Shown here in pieces: positions 30,839 to 41,750 of a stretch of 64,000 nt of DNA. Position 1 is the first letter of the stretch. Each line of letters begins with the position of its first letter. The stretch is from Epithemia pelagica (lineage: Eukaryota > Protista > Bacillariophyta). The stretch spans positions 310,001-374,000 of the forward strand of contig OX337236.1 of assembly GCA_946965045.2 (NCBI GenBank), read 5' to 3'. Made by a program: the position numbers and the translations under genes. The notes beneath the pieces were generated by a model, which was not told the origin of the DNA, did not search any database, and saw nothing but the letters and a program-made list of their open reading frames with translations.

Positions 30839-31921
30839 TTATCGAGGTGTGGACAGCCCATTGACGGAAACGAGAGAAATGTCATATTGGAGGGTGGCAT
30901 CGGGAGGAATCCCACGCCGTGGCAGACCCTTGGATCCATAGGCCAGGACGGGTGGAATGAGCAACCGTCGTCGCTCTCCCACACACATGCCATAGAGACC
31001 CGTGTCCCATCCCGGTGGAAACTGCCCCATGAGCTGTTTGCCCAGCACAAAGTACAAGGTCACGTCATTGCCTCGACCCGGAATGCCGTCACCATTGATT
31101 TTCACCGCCGATCCATCAAAGATTTGGCCCGTTTCGACCACTTGTCCAACATAACTAATTTCCAACAAATCATCGGTTTGGGCCCCCACGGTGCACAGTT
31201 TGGGAGCCACTAGTTGCGTCACGGTATAGGTTTGATCCTCTTGACTGACTCCTTTCCGGACCTGACCGGCCGGAGCGACCTGCGTGGTGGTGGACTCTCC
31301 TTCCGCCAAGGATGCCATACTGGTACGAAATCCACTGGGATCTCGGAACCGGAAATCGACATAGTCCGTCGACGTATCTTTCAACAGTCGTCCGAGAATA
31401 ATCACCACACCCTGCGCGTTGGTTCGCTCGGTTGGTACGTCATTCAAGGACACGATCACAAAGTTTTTTTGGATTCCCTGCTTTCCAGCCAACGAATCGG
31501 CCGGAACCGACTTGACAAAGACACGCACACTTCCTCGAAACTCGACCTCACCCAATTCAATGCCCAGGCCTTGTTGCAAATCGGATTTTGACAATCGAAT
31601 CACCACCTCATCTTGAGGAATCGGTGATGATGACACTGTACTTGGCTCTGGGTTCGACGACAATTTGCTCCCTTTGGTTGTCCACCAATTGTCACCAAAG
31701 GCATCCGTTTCATCCGTCACGGCCGCTGGAGCGGGAGACGGTACACCCACAATCCATGAGGATAGTGTTGCTGCTGCGGCATGTCCCAAAAAGGTTCGTC
31801 GCTGCGACAACTTCGTCATTTTGGATCCATTGGGATCAACGGCCAGTCCTTCGACACCACTGCCAAAGGTTAGCAGGAGTGAGAAGAGTACAATACACCA
31901 GTGCAGTGTGGTTCTCCTCAT
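30839..31921 (-). CDS. FKBP-type PPIase with upstream PDZ-like domain, plastid/thylakoid targeted (frame open to 31969)
   Basis: Signal peptide plus RRTFL. PDZ-like: GLGIELGEVEFRGSVRVFVKSVPADSLAGKQGIQ...IVSLND. FKBP: SYVGQVVETGQIFDGS...GWDTGLYGMCVGERRRLLIPPVLAYG...IPPDATLQYDISL. Confidence 0.9.
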   Translation of the reverse strand: MRRTTLHWCIVLFSLLLTFGSGVEGLAVDPNGSKMTKLSQRRTFLGHAAAATLSSWIVGVPSPAPAAVTDETDAFGDNWWTTKGSKLSSNPEPSTVSSSPIPQDEVVIRLSKSDLQQGLGIELGEVEFRGSVRVFVKSVPADSLAGKQGIQKNFVIVSLNDVPTERTNAQGVVIILGRLLKDTSTDYVDFRFRDPSGFRTSMASLAEGESTTTQVAPAGQVRKGVSQEDQTYTVTQLVAPKLCTVGAQTDDLLEISYVGQVVETGQIFDGSAVKINGDGIPGRGNDVTLYFVLGKQLMGQFPPGWDTGLYGMCVGERRRLLIPPVLAYGSKGLPRRGIPPDATLQYDISLVSVNGLSTPR

Positions 31922-32306
31922 GATTTTGGATGGCAAGGATATCAAGTTGCCACCGGTTGCATCGGCCATGGTTCTTCGCTTTTGTCCTGACGAGACATCT
32001 TTTTGTGACGGAAGGATGACGTCATCGTGTGGTCAGTGAATCATCGTCGTTTTTCTACCCTTCCATGTGTGGCACTTAGCAAAAGGAAAACAGGCCGATC
32101 CTTTGGTCATCGATCGAACTAACCAATGTTCCATGCCACAGAGTCCCAACATCTCCCATGGATTCGAACTCTAATAATGAAACTTTTCTGACCTGGAACG
32201 CCGGTTCAGCACGTGGCAAACCATTCGCTTGGATGGATGAAAACCTTTGGCACGAACCCAAGCTTTTCATGCTGAATGCCGTTCAATCTCCTACAGAAAA
32301 AAAGTC

Positions 32307-34586
32307 TCATTCACGTTCCGATGATTCATCCTCCGAGGATAATGATGATGATGATGCATCGCTGACATGTGACGCCCGTTTCAACACAATACGATCGAGC
32401 GCCAAGGAGGGATACTCATCTTCCTCCTCCTCCTCATTCTGTAGGTCGTCGTTGCTGTGGTCTTGCTCGACAACCCCTCCTTCTTGGACATTGTCATGTT
32501 GGTTGTTGCTCTTCTTCTTCTGGAACGAGTCGTGTAGAGGGGCGTTGTCTGGTTCCATACCCTTTCTGTTCTTTGTGGGTGTTTCGTCCTTTTCCTTGCT
32601 CGTCTGGTTCTTCTTGTCGACTTTGGGTGTCGTTTGGGTCAAGGCGAGTAGATTGGGATCGACCCATTGGTGACTGGCCGTCAAGAGTGTCACCATGTCA
32701 TGCGCGAGGGGTGCCAAATTGCGGGTAAAAAAGCTATAGACCGTCGCCGATTGTTGTTGTTGTTGTTGTTGTTGCTGCTGCTGTGGACCACCCGAACGAC
32801 GACGACCGGCTCGACCACAACGATGCACATATTGTTCCAGATTGCCGGGAAAATCGTATTGAATGACGTACCGAATGCCCTGGACGTGCAAGCCACGGGC
32901 GGCCACGTCCGTGGCCAAGAGCAGGGGTATTTTGCCACACGAAAAGGTTTGAATGTTGCGTTCGCGCGTGGATTGACTTAGTTTGCTGTGCAATTCCAAA
33001 CAGGCAATGCCCTCTTTGCGTAAGAGTTTGGAAGCTTGTTGAAGGGCCTTGATGGTGGCAAAAAAGACCAGGCCCAGGGAAATGGATCGTTCCTTGGGTT
33101 TGGTTGGGTGGGCATGTTTTCCGTAGACACCCAATTGTGCCAGAGTGGTGAGGAGTTTGCGTGGTTTCTTGTGTTCGGCACAGACATGAAGTTTCTGCGT
33201 AATGTTGGAGGGAATGTCGGACCATTGGTGTTTGGGTCGTTTGGCCGTGTTGTTGTCATTGTCGTCGTCATTCTTGTCCTTTGCAAATTGTGTCTCCATG
33301 TCGTGCTCTGGTTCTGTCGGCATGGCTTCCTCGTGGCACCCGTCTTTGTTCGTATTGGCGTGTGATTCGTGTACGGAATGCTCCATATTGTTGTTGTTGG
33401 GTGTGGGAGACGCTACGGTAGTGGAAGTGGTCATGGTTTGCGGTAATGATGATGCCATCGAATTGACTTGCAGAACGGCACAGGGACGATTCAAACGGGT
33501 CGTCGACGAGGACGAGAAGCGTTGCAGCCAGGACCGCCATAGAGGCGTCACCTTGTCGGGCCAAGTGGCCGAACACAAGACCATTTGTGGTGCTAGTCGT
33601 GAGTCATCCGTCACGACCATGTGAGTGGCAAAGAGCGTCGAGAGTTGGGCACACAAGTCCCGATTCGAGGCCAATTGATCGGCTTCATCCAAGACCACGG
33701 TGTGAAGCGAGTGACACAGTTGCGACAATTGGGGAGACACGGAGCATTCGTTTTTCTTGTTGTCTTTTTCTTCTCCTCCTCCTTCTGCTTCCTTTGGTCC
33801 TTGCAGCAAATCCAAGAGTCGACCCATTGTGGCCACGACGAGGCACGCACCATTTTTCAGATCCAAGGATTCGAGACGGTCGAGTTGCCCTTGTCGGGGA
33901 ACACCTCCATGCAAGGGGACTACCATAGTCGAAACGGGTTGTCGTTGTTGTGGGGAAGTGCCAGGATCTTGTTCTGGACCATGGCGTCGACCACGACGTG
34001 ACAGGGCTTTGCAGGTTCGTTCCAATTCACGGGCCACTTGTTGGACCAATTCTCGCGTCGGCACGACAATCAAGGCATGCTTTTTCTGGTTGGAACTAGA
34101 AGAAGCGGCGGCAACAACCAGTGGAAGACCATAGGCGAGTGTTTTTCCCGACCCCGTCGGTGCAATGGCAATGAGATTCCACCTTTTTGTAGTAGTCTTG
34201 TTTGGAGAGTCGTCGTTTTGGTGTGGCAGTAAAATGGGCCACGCATGACGTTGAATGATGGACGGTGCATCGGCCGGTTTCCCATGTGCGTGTTTCCAGG
34301 ACTGCCAGGCCCACTGCCACCAGGGACAAGAGGATGGAGTCTTGTTGTGGTTGTTACTGTCCTTAGTGGGCGGTTCATCCTCCTTGGTCCAGGGCCCGGG
34401 AAGTTCTTGCAGTGTTGTCGTCGTCGATGTGGTGGTGGACGACGACGAGGAGGATTCGGTTACGGAAAACAATCGTCGTTCGACTCGCGGCAGTTGTCGT
34501 TGGCACGACACGGAGGAGAATGGTTGTGTCGTTGTCGTTGTTGTCTGCTCTCCGCGTCGTCGTTTGCGACCACCGCGACGTCCCAT
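32307..34586 (-). CDS. DEAD-box RNA helicase, 759 aa
   Basis: APTGSGKT, VPTREL, DEAD, SAT, ATDVAARGL, YVHRCGRAGR. Confidence 0.95.
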   Translation of the reverse strand: MGRRGGRKRRRGEQTTTTTTQPFSSVSCQRQLPRVERRLFSVTESSSSSSTTTSTTTTLQELPGPWTKEDEPPTKDSNNHNKTPSSCPWWQWAWQSWKHAHGKPADAPSIIQRHAWPILLPHQNDDSPNKTTTKRWNLIAIAPTGSGKTLAYGLPLVVAAASSSSNQKKHALIVVPTRELVQQVARELERTCKALSRRGRRHGPEQDPGTSPQQRQPVSTMVVPLHGGVPRQGQLDRLESLDLKNGACLVVATMGRLLDLLQGPKEAEGGGEEKDNKKNECSVSPQLSQLCHSLHTVVLDEADQLASNRDLCAQLSTLFATHMVVTDDSRLAPQMVLCSATWPDKVTPLWRSWLQRFSSSSTTRLNRPCAVLQVNSMASSLPQTMTTSTTVASPTPNNNNMEHSVHESHANTNKDGCHEEAMPTEPEHDMETQFAKDKNDDDNDNNTAKRPKHQWSDIPSNITQKLHVCAEHKKPRKLLTTLAQLGVYGKHAHPTKPKERSISLGLVFFATIKALQQASKLLRKEGIACLELHSKLSQSTRERNIQTFSCGKIPLLLATDVAARGLHVQGIRYVIQYDFPGNLEQYVHRCGRAGRRRSGGPQQQQQQQQQQQSATVYSFFTRNLAPLAHDMVTLLTASHQWVDPNLLALTQTTPKVDKKNQTSKEKDETPTKNRKGMEPDNAPLHDSFQKKKSNNQHDNVQEGGVVEQDHSNDDLQNEEEEEDEYPSLALDRIVLKRASHVSDASSSSLSSEDESSERE

Positions 34587-34830
34587 GGTCTCTCTCTTTT
34601 TTGGTTTCTGATTTTTTGTTGGCCATGTGGGGACACTCCATTTTCCGGGTCCTCTATATCCCCTACCATCATCGAATCTATTATGGAAAGGAGAGTAGCT
34701 CTAGCTCTAAGCCAATCCTTTCTATTATCCCCCTGGCAGAAACAGCAGGAGGAGAGACTCTTCAGAATGGAAAATACATTAGAAACAAAGCAATCGGTTC
34801 TGCACAAAACGTTGGCGATCTAGGTCTAGT

Positions 34831-36453
34831 CTACGATCTATTAGTCTTTTCCGTTTCTTCTTCTTCTTCGTCTTCGTCTTCCAGTTGTTCCATGGCCGTA
34901 AAGACTCGTCCCAATTGGGGAGGATAGATTTCTCCCGTCCACTGTTGACCAAAGGCGGATTCTGGATTGGTCAACAAGACACTGACACGACTGCTGGCAC
35001 TCATGGTCCACGACGACGACGACGACGACGACACTGTGGAACATTCTTTTGGTGGGTCGTCGGTGTCGTCCTTACCGGGAGAATGCTCGGTTTCATGGTC
35101 CTTGTTGTCGTCGTCATCGTCCTTGTGGTTCGTTGGAGTCGGAGTGGAACGGGTGGACGACGAACCACGGAAACGACGATCCAAACACCAACACAATTGT
35201 GCAAGCCATTCACATTCCACCACCAAAACACCTCGTCCCCAAATATAATCCAAGACGTCCGTCAAGAGTGCATCCACTGTTATTGTTGGAAAAAGAGTCC
35301 CTACGTCGGATCGTGGTACGACAACGAAAGAGGTTGTCGGTGGAATCCATTCATGCTGGCTCCCCCAAGGATCCTCCTCCTCCTCGTGTCCCGAATTCCC
35401 CAAAGTGTCGACGCCACGACACGACGCAGGGACCAGGTAGTCCAACAAGGGTCCAAAACAAGCCTGTCGAAAGGCGTGGGGCGGCCAGTCCAAATCGCGA
35501 CCACAGGCAAAGAGAGCGGTGGATTGGCGGATCCAGTCCGGATCCAACGCCATTCGAGACGTTGTGCTTGTGGAATTTGTCGTGGATGGTGGTTTCCGAA
35601 TCATCATGGGTATCGACCAATTGCGAAACCGGGACCAGACATGTAAGAGCATTTGGTTCGGGTCCGTTTCCTCCTCCACAGGGCAGCTGGGTGACCGTGC
35701 GTCGTCGTCGGGAGAACGCTCCCGAGGTGGTCGTCGCTGAATCCATTGTTCATAGGTTTGCAATTGCCTCCAAAATCCCGCATTGGGTTGAATCTGCGGT
35801 CGACAGTGTTGAACATGGTCCAAGGCTTGGGACAAGGTCATGCCGTGGTATTCCATGAGATAGGCCAGAACGACACTGGCCTATCGGGACACGCCAAATT
35901 GACAATGGACCAAGACGGAGCACTGGTATCGGTACAAACAGGTATGTACAAAGGCGGTCGCCACCGGCAAAAAGGAGAGCAAATCGGCCGTTTCGATATC
36001 GTGAATGCCCACTTGGGCGTAATAATAATAGTAGCGAGTGTCATTCTTGGATCGACGACCATCACGACGACGACACGAAGCGGGAATTTCCTTGGTACAA
36101 TTGACAATGCCTCTTATTCCAGCCGCCTTATTGTGCGGCACGATCGAGGGGACTGTCGTTGTTGTCGTTATCATTGTCGTCATGAGGTTCACGGCCGCTT
36201 GCAAAGATCCCAAATAAATCATGGGACGACGACAGGGTGAATTCGTATTAGTGGGTGTCGTTGTCGCATCCTCCGTCTCGTCGTGTGGATGTGGTACTGG
36301 TACTGGTGCTTCCCACACGCGATTCGCATGTCCTCCCAAGATGGCAGTGGCAGATGACGATGCCGAGGAGGCGGCAAGGACAGGCGAGCGTTCTGGGAGC
36401 ACCGCGATTTGAGTGGTAGTAGTAGGGTTGTCGTTCGGTGGAGGCAATGCCAT
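34831..36453 (-). pseudogene. Dual-specificity protein phosphatase interrupted by an in-frame TAG in the catalytic loop
   Basis: IYLGS, GIVNCT, VLVHCQFGVSR-TAG(35883-35881)-ASVVLAYLMEYHGMTLSQAL..RPQIQPNAGFWRQL. Both halves are in the same frame. Confidence 0.85.
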
Positions 36454-36966
36454 ACTGATTGTGTAGAGGGAAACCAACGAATGTTGGGAGTTGGTCGAAA
36501 ATGAGAACGATGGATCAAAGGAAGCAGTATTTCTCTCTCTCTCGATCTCTCTCTCTCGAACGTTCTCCTTACTAGATCTGCGACGACTTCGACAATGCAA
36601 AAGAGTTGTGTTGGGGACCACCACAAAAAATGAGATTGTGTCGTGCGCGACTGGAAACGGTTGCTGTGCGACTCAAAACTATGAGGGGTGGATCTGCGAG
36701 AACGGGGGTCTACCACCTTCTCCTTCTTTTACAGGGGGCCAAAATCGGAGGGCGTAAAAAGCTTCTTTCGTCTCCCCCAAATTTGCATTGCATTGGACTC
36801 TTTTGTTATTGTGTTGATCCTGTGTCTTGCCACTTGGATCTAGAGAGAGCTCGAGAGAGAGACCATTCGTCGACACGACGACAACGCAGGTATCGGCAGC
36901 AACATCAAGGCACGTGTATAGGTAGAGTTTGGGTCACGACAAGAAAAGGATTCCTTCAGTATCATC

Positions 36967-39900
36967 ATGGCATCGTCTCGTTGGAAACGATTTGCCTTTT
37001 TTGATCGTCATACGTTGACCATTCCTCCCGAAGTGTTGGAAGATGTCGTTCCTCAATCCACCTTGTTGGAACAAAACAGCAACCATGGTGCCAACAATAG
37101 CAACAACCAGAGCAACAACAACAACAACAAGACTTCCAAGGAAGCTTCCTCCACCACCGTATCGTCGTCCTCGACCAATACTTCGACAAACAACACTGCT
37201 ACCACTACCACCAAATCGTTGGAGGACAATGTCGTTTCCATGGTGGTGACCACGGCTGGGTTGCCCTTGACCACACGCCCCGTACCCCTGCCCTTGTCGT
37301 CGTCCACGACCACCACGACCACTCCATCCACCACCAACAACAACAGTACCAAGACGGACATGGATCAAGCCGTCGATGCCATGTGGTCCTCCTTGGTCAC
37401 GTGCAGTACCTTGAATTATGAATCGGCCGTCTTGGGTGCCGAACACGAAGTCTGGATGTCCTCCTTGCCCTTTCCCTCCAAACCAACAACAACAACATCC
37501 ACGACAACGACGAATCCCAATAACAACCACAACAAACCCTTGACAGCCGCATCCTTGCAACAACAAACACAACCAGCAGCAGCTGCGGCCTTGGATGGAT
37601 TGGTCTTGGCCTTTGTCTCGTCGCCACATACCGAATTGGTTCATTGTATGGATGTCACGGTCCGATGCAATCCACCCCTGCCATCCATGCAAAAGGGTGG
37701 AGACGATACCAACAACAATCAAAGCAACAACAACAACACCACGGAACAACGAGACTTGTTGGAAGATTTGGATGGATGGCGTGGCTATTTGGGTCCCTTT
37801 GTCCGAACCACCAAACGCAGCACTACGACAAGTACGACGGCCTCCAACCACAGTGGAGGCCAGGATGACGCCACCAGCAATTCCGACAAGAAACCAGACG
37901 ATTGTACCATTCGCGATTTGGCCGTGTGTCGACTGGGCGATACAACTTCCAATACGACTACTACTACCAATCCAAAGGACGCTCACAATGCGGTCCATTT
38001 GGCCTGTCTGGCCCATTCGCAATGTGTCGTGTGGGAAGATCCACACTTGTACTTGTCCTGTCAACGACCCCTGTCGACGACAACGCAAGCACCACAATCG
38101 CAGGCACAACCATTCATCATGCCGGCCGACGCCAAACGATGGCACTTGCAAGCCTCCACATCGACGCAAACGGCCGATGGACACTTTACCAGTGTCAGTC
38201 TGTTACCAGGACTCTTGGCCATTGGGACCAGCCAGGGAGCCGTCTTGATCTATGTCTACAATCCTCAGCAATCCAAATCTTCCGTGACGACCAGCAGCAC
38301 GGGCGCGACCGTGTCGTCCCAGACGGCCTCGACCAATTCCACCACGACATCGACCGGGACTGCCACTACCATTGCCACATCCGAGGCATCCTCCTCACGG
38401 AGCAAAGGAAACAGCAAGGATGGCACGAAGCAATTGGCCTTTCGACGCTATTTGCGCATTCCCCCGCCGGCATCCTCATCGTCCTCCTCCTCATCGGATG
38501 GCACCACCACCACAACGGGAGTGACAAGTGTCAAACTCTGTCCATCGTCCCGCAACGATCAACATTCCAGTGTCTTTGTCGTCTACAATCGTCCGCAAAC
38601 GACGAGTACGACCAACGCAACGTCTGGAACCACCAACAACACGACGGGCGGCACGGCGGGGATTTGTTGTTATGATTTTCCCACACCCTCACCCAATCAT
38701 GCCACGGTCGGATCGCCCATTTATTCCCCCTTGGCGCGTCATGATTTGGAAGGTCGTCCCGTCTCCTCGGCACGGTTGGTCGATGCCCATGCCCGACGAT
38801 TGACCGTCGCTCGACCCGATGGCTTGTATACCTTTTCGCAAACCGAACGGGTCAGTGTCTCACCCATTGATGATGGTGGACCCAAATTAACCGTTGCCAT
38901 GATCCCGCCCGCGGCTTCTGGTACGAATCCGGCGACGCCGGCGGCATCTCGACGAACGCCCCTGGATGCGGCTACTACTACTACAACCACGACCATGGCG
39001 GATGAGACGGGTGCGACTCCTTCCAAGACGGGCACGACGACGACCACAACTACTACTACGACTTCCACGTTGTTGGGCTATACCTTGTTGGCATCGACCG
39101 ATGAAAAGTCGGGCCGTGATGCCGTGGATGTTTACGATGCCACCAACAAATTGGTCGCCTTTCACTTGTTGCTCAGTCCAGGCCATGGTGCCATCCGAGC
39201 GGCCGGCGTCTCGACGCCCGCCACAACCTGTTCCGATGGCAGTCTCAAGGGGGGTCGATCGTCGGCGTTGGTCTTGACATCGGGTGGATCGCTCGTTACC
39301 TTGACGGAAAAACGTACCGTCGAAAAGGTGGATTTGCTCGTCAAGAAAAACTTGTATTCGGCCGCGGTCGTGGTGGCCTATTCGGATCCCTCCTATTCAG
39401 CCGCCGAAATTAGTACCCTCTATCGTCGTTATGCCGAACATTTGTATCGCAAGGGTGATTTGAGTGGAGCTGTGGATCAATACATTCATACGATTGGATC
39501 CTTGGAATCCTCCCATGTCATTTTTCGGTTTTTGGATGCTCCCAAAATACCCCTCTTGGTCAAGTATTTGAATCAATTGCGACATCGGGGCCATGCCACA
39601 CCGGTCCACGATGAATTGTTACGCACCTGTTATCTCAAACTCAATGATGCCGAAGCTGCCGAAGCCATTGCCAGTTCGTCCAGTACCGTAAATCGAGCCT
39701 CGGTCACCTCCGTCTTGTCCAATCTCACAACCAACCCCAAGGAAGCCTTGTCCACCATTTGTGCCTTGGAAGCCCCCGAAGCCGTCGATATCCTCATGGT
39801 CCATGGGGCCTCCTTGGCCCGTGTCCTTCCGCAAGCCACGGCCGGTGTCGTCATTGCCTTGTGTGTGGGAACCTTTTCTCCCCGAACCTTGGCGGAAAGT

Positions 39901-41280
39901 AGTACGACCAAAACCGCCCAAGAAATGATGGAATACATTTCGTCGTCCGAGAGTGGCAAACAGCGGGTGTGTGATCAATATCCCGTGGAATTGTTTGCCT
40001 CGGCCTTTATGGAACAACCCAAAATGCTTCGTTTGATTCTCGCGCATTGCAATCGCAGCAAATGTCCCCTGTCTCCCTCCCTCCGACGAACCCTGTTGGA
40101 ATTGACCTTGGAAGAATGGAATTTTGCCCAACGGACGCAGGATACACAGGCCTTGAAATTGCGACACAAGGAAGCCATTGCGGCCTTGACGGATTCGCAC
40201 GCCAAGGATATTGGGGATACGCAGGCCTTGGTGATTTGTCAAATGGCGGGCTTTGACGATGGACAATTGCTCTTGTACGAACGCTTGCAAATGAAACCCA
40301 TGTTGTTGGAACGTTATGCCAAGGAGGGCACGGAAAAGGCGCGACGACAAATGATGGCACTCTGTCAAACCGATCCCGAACTCTTGGTTGAGGTCTTGGG
40401 ATACTTTGTCGCCATGGCCAGTGAACGATTGGCGCATGTCCACAATCCGGATGATCACGACGACCACGACCAGGGGGCTCATCCCGAGTCCGCCAAACCA
40501 CGACACCGTCCGACCGAAGAAGAGTATGCCGAAGAAACCGAAGACTTGTTGGATGATATTCAAGCGGTATTGACCATGGCTCGGAATCAAGGCGCTTGTC
40601 CACCCGTTCGAATTGCTCGTATTTTGGCTGGCGAAGGAACGGGACAATTCAGTCCCACGACCAACCACAACAACCACAATCACAAGACGCAACAGCGTCG
40701 CCCATCCCCGCCTTCGTCGTCGGCCCTTGTGCCTCCGGCGACGGTGCCCTTGTCCGTGGCCTTGGAGTATTTGGGTTCCATTTTGGAAGATTCACGGATC
40801 GAAGGGGACCGATTAAAGGCCAAAGTGGAAGAGTACAATGAATTGTGCAATTCCATGGAACGAGAAATTGAATCCTTGTTGCGCACCAGTCGCGGATTGC
40901 CGCCCACGGCCACCAATGATGATACTGCCGCAACCTCATCACTGGGCAATCCATCACCCATGGGTCTGGCGGCCTTGAACATTGATGAATTGTATTCCAC
41001 CATTCGACGAGAAGGAGACCTTTCGACCACCGGCTCGGCTTCCAATCCCAACAACACGAGCAACAATAGTACAAGTAGTAGCAACAACAACACCAACAAC
41101 GCCAATGGAACCACGGGGACCATTCTGATGGACACGCACAAGGACGGTTCGGCGGCCTTGTCGTCCTCGTCGTCCTCTGCCTCTTTGCCACGAGAAGCGT
41201 TTTGGAGAGAAATGGACCAATCCGATGGAGGCGGAATGGATACGATTGCTCGATTCTTTGCCAAGGGTGTCATTCGGTAA
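36967..41280 (+). CDS. VPS11: Vacuolar protein sorting 11 homolog (HOPS/CORVET), 1437 aa
   Basis: N-terminal WKRFAFFD; KKNLYSAAV; YAEHLYRKGDLSGAVDQYIHTIGSLESSHVIFRFLDAPKIPLLVKYL; C-terminal MDTIARFFAKGVI. Confidence 0.9.
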   Translation: MASSRWKRFAFFDRHTLTIPPEVLEDVVPQSTLLEQNSNHGANNSNNQSNNNNNKTSKEASSTTVSSSSTNTSTNNTATTTTKSLEDNVVSMVVTTAGLPLTTRPVPLPLSSSTTTTTTPSTTNNNSTKTDMDQAVDAMWSSLVTCSTLNYESAVLGAEHEVWMSSLPFPSKPTTTTSTTTTNPNNNHNKPLTAASLQQQTQPAAAAALDGLVLAFVSSPHTELVHCMDVTVRCNPPLPSMQKGGDDTNNNQSNNNNTTEQRDLLEDLDGWRGYLGPFVRTTKRSTTTSTTASNHSGGQDDATSNSDKKPDDCTIRDLAVCRLGDTTSNTTTTTNPKDAHNAVHLACLAHSQCVVWEDPHLYLSCQRPLSTTTQAPQSQAQPFIMPADAKRWHLQASTSTQTADGHFTSVSLLPGLLAIGTSQGAVLIYVYNPQQSKSSVTTSSTGATVSSQTASTNSTTTSTGTATTIATSEASSSRSKGNSKDGTKQLAFRRYLRIPPPASSSSSSSSDGTTTTTGVTSVKLCPSSRNDQHSSVFVVYNRPQTTSTTNATSGTTNNTTGGTAGICCYDFPTPSPNHATVGSPIYSPLARHDLEGRPVSSARLVDAHARRLTVARPDGLYTFSQTERVSVSPIDDGGPKLTVAMIPPAASGTNPATPAASRRTPLDAATTTTTTTMADETGATPSKTGTTTTTTTTTTSTLLGYTLLASTDEKSGRDAVDVYDATNKLVAFHLLLSPGHGAIRAAGVSTPATTCSDGSLKGGRSSALVLTSGGSLVTLTEKRTVEKVDLLVKKNLYSAAVVVAYSDPSYSAAEISTLYRRYAEHLYRKGDLSGAVDQYIHTIGSLESSHVIFRFLDAPKIPLLVKYLNQLRHRGHATPVHDELLRTCYLKLNDAEAAEAIASSSSTVNRASVTSVLSNLTTNPKEALSTICALEAPEAVDILMVHGASLARVLPQATAGVVIALCVGTFSPRTLAESSTTKTAQEMMEYISSSESGKQRVCDQYPVELFASAFMEQPKMLRLILAHCNRSKCPLSPSLRRTLLELTLEEWNFAQRTQDTQALKLRHKEAIAALTDSHAKDIGDTQALVICQMAGFDDGQLLLYERLQMKPMLLERYAKEGTEKARRQMMALCQTDPELLVEVLGYFVAMASERLAHVHNPDDHDDHDQGAHPESAKPRHRPTEEEYAEETEDLLDDIQAVLTMARNQGACPPVRIARILAGEGTGQFSPTTNHNNHNHKTQQRRPSPPSSSALVPPATVPLSVALEYLGSILEDSRIEGDRLKAKVEEYNELCNSMEREIESLLRTSRGLPPTATNDDTAATSSLGNPSPMGLAALNIDELYSTIRREGDLSTTGSASNPNNTSNNSTSSSNNNTNNANGTTGTILMDTHKDGSAALSSSSSSASLPREAFWREMDQSDGGGMDTIARFFAKGVIR

Positions 41281-41371
41281 TGTTTTAAAAGACGAAAGGC
41301 AGTGTCATTCCGAAATGCCGTGACATTCCTGATATGCCTGCGGTTTGATTCAAGTTTCGATAGAACGACAT

Positions 41372-41705
41372 GGTAAAGTAGACGATGCTTGGTTTCTCTT
41401 CTTGAGCAATAGAATAGTGTAGAGCAGTAAAGGGCACCAAATGAATCCCAAGAGACGAACCAAACTATCTACCTCTATTCGGTTCGGATCAAACTTACGC
41501 GAGAGCTCGGAACATATGGTAGACAATGTGTTTGTGTGGGTAAAGGATAGACTATGCTTGGTTTCTCTTCATCAATAGAATAGTGTAGAGTTACAAAAAG
41601 AACACAAAATGAATCCCAAGAGACGAACCAAACTATCTACCTATATTCGGTTCGGATCAAACTTTAAAGAGAGCTCGGAACGTATGGTAGACAATGTGTT
41701 TGTGT
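41372..41705. repeat. Tandem duplication of a ~167-bp unit between convergent gene ends
   Basis: 41372-41537 and 41539-41705 share atgcttggtttctctt..aatagaatagtgtagag..aaatgaatcccaagagacgaaccaaactatctacc..ttcggttcggatcaaactt..gagagctcggaac..atggtagacaatgtgtttgtgt. Confidence 0.92.
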
Positions 41706-41750
41706 TCTATTATTTCCACTAAAGTTGGTCTTATTCTCTCAGTGTCTCTC

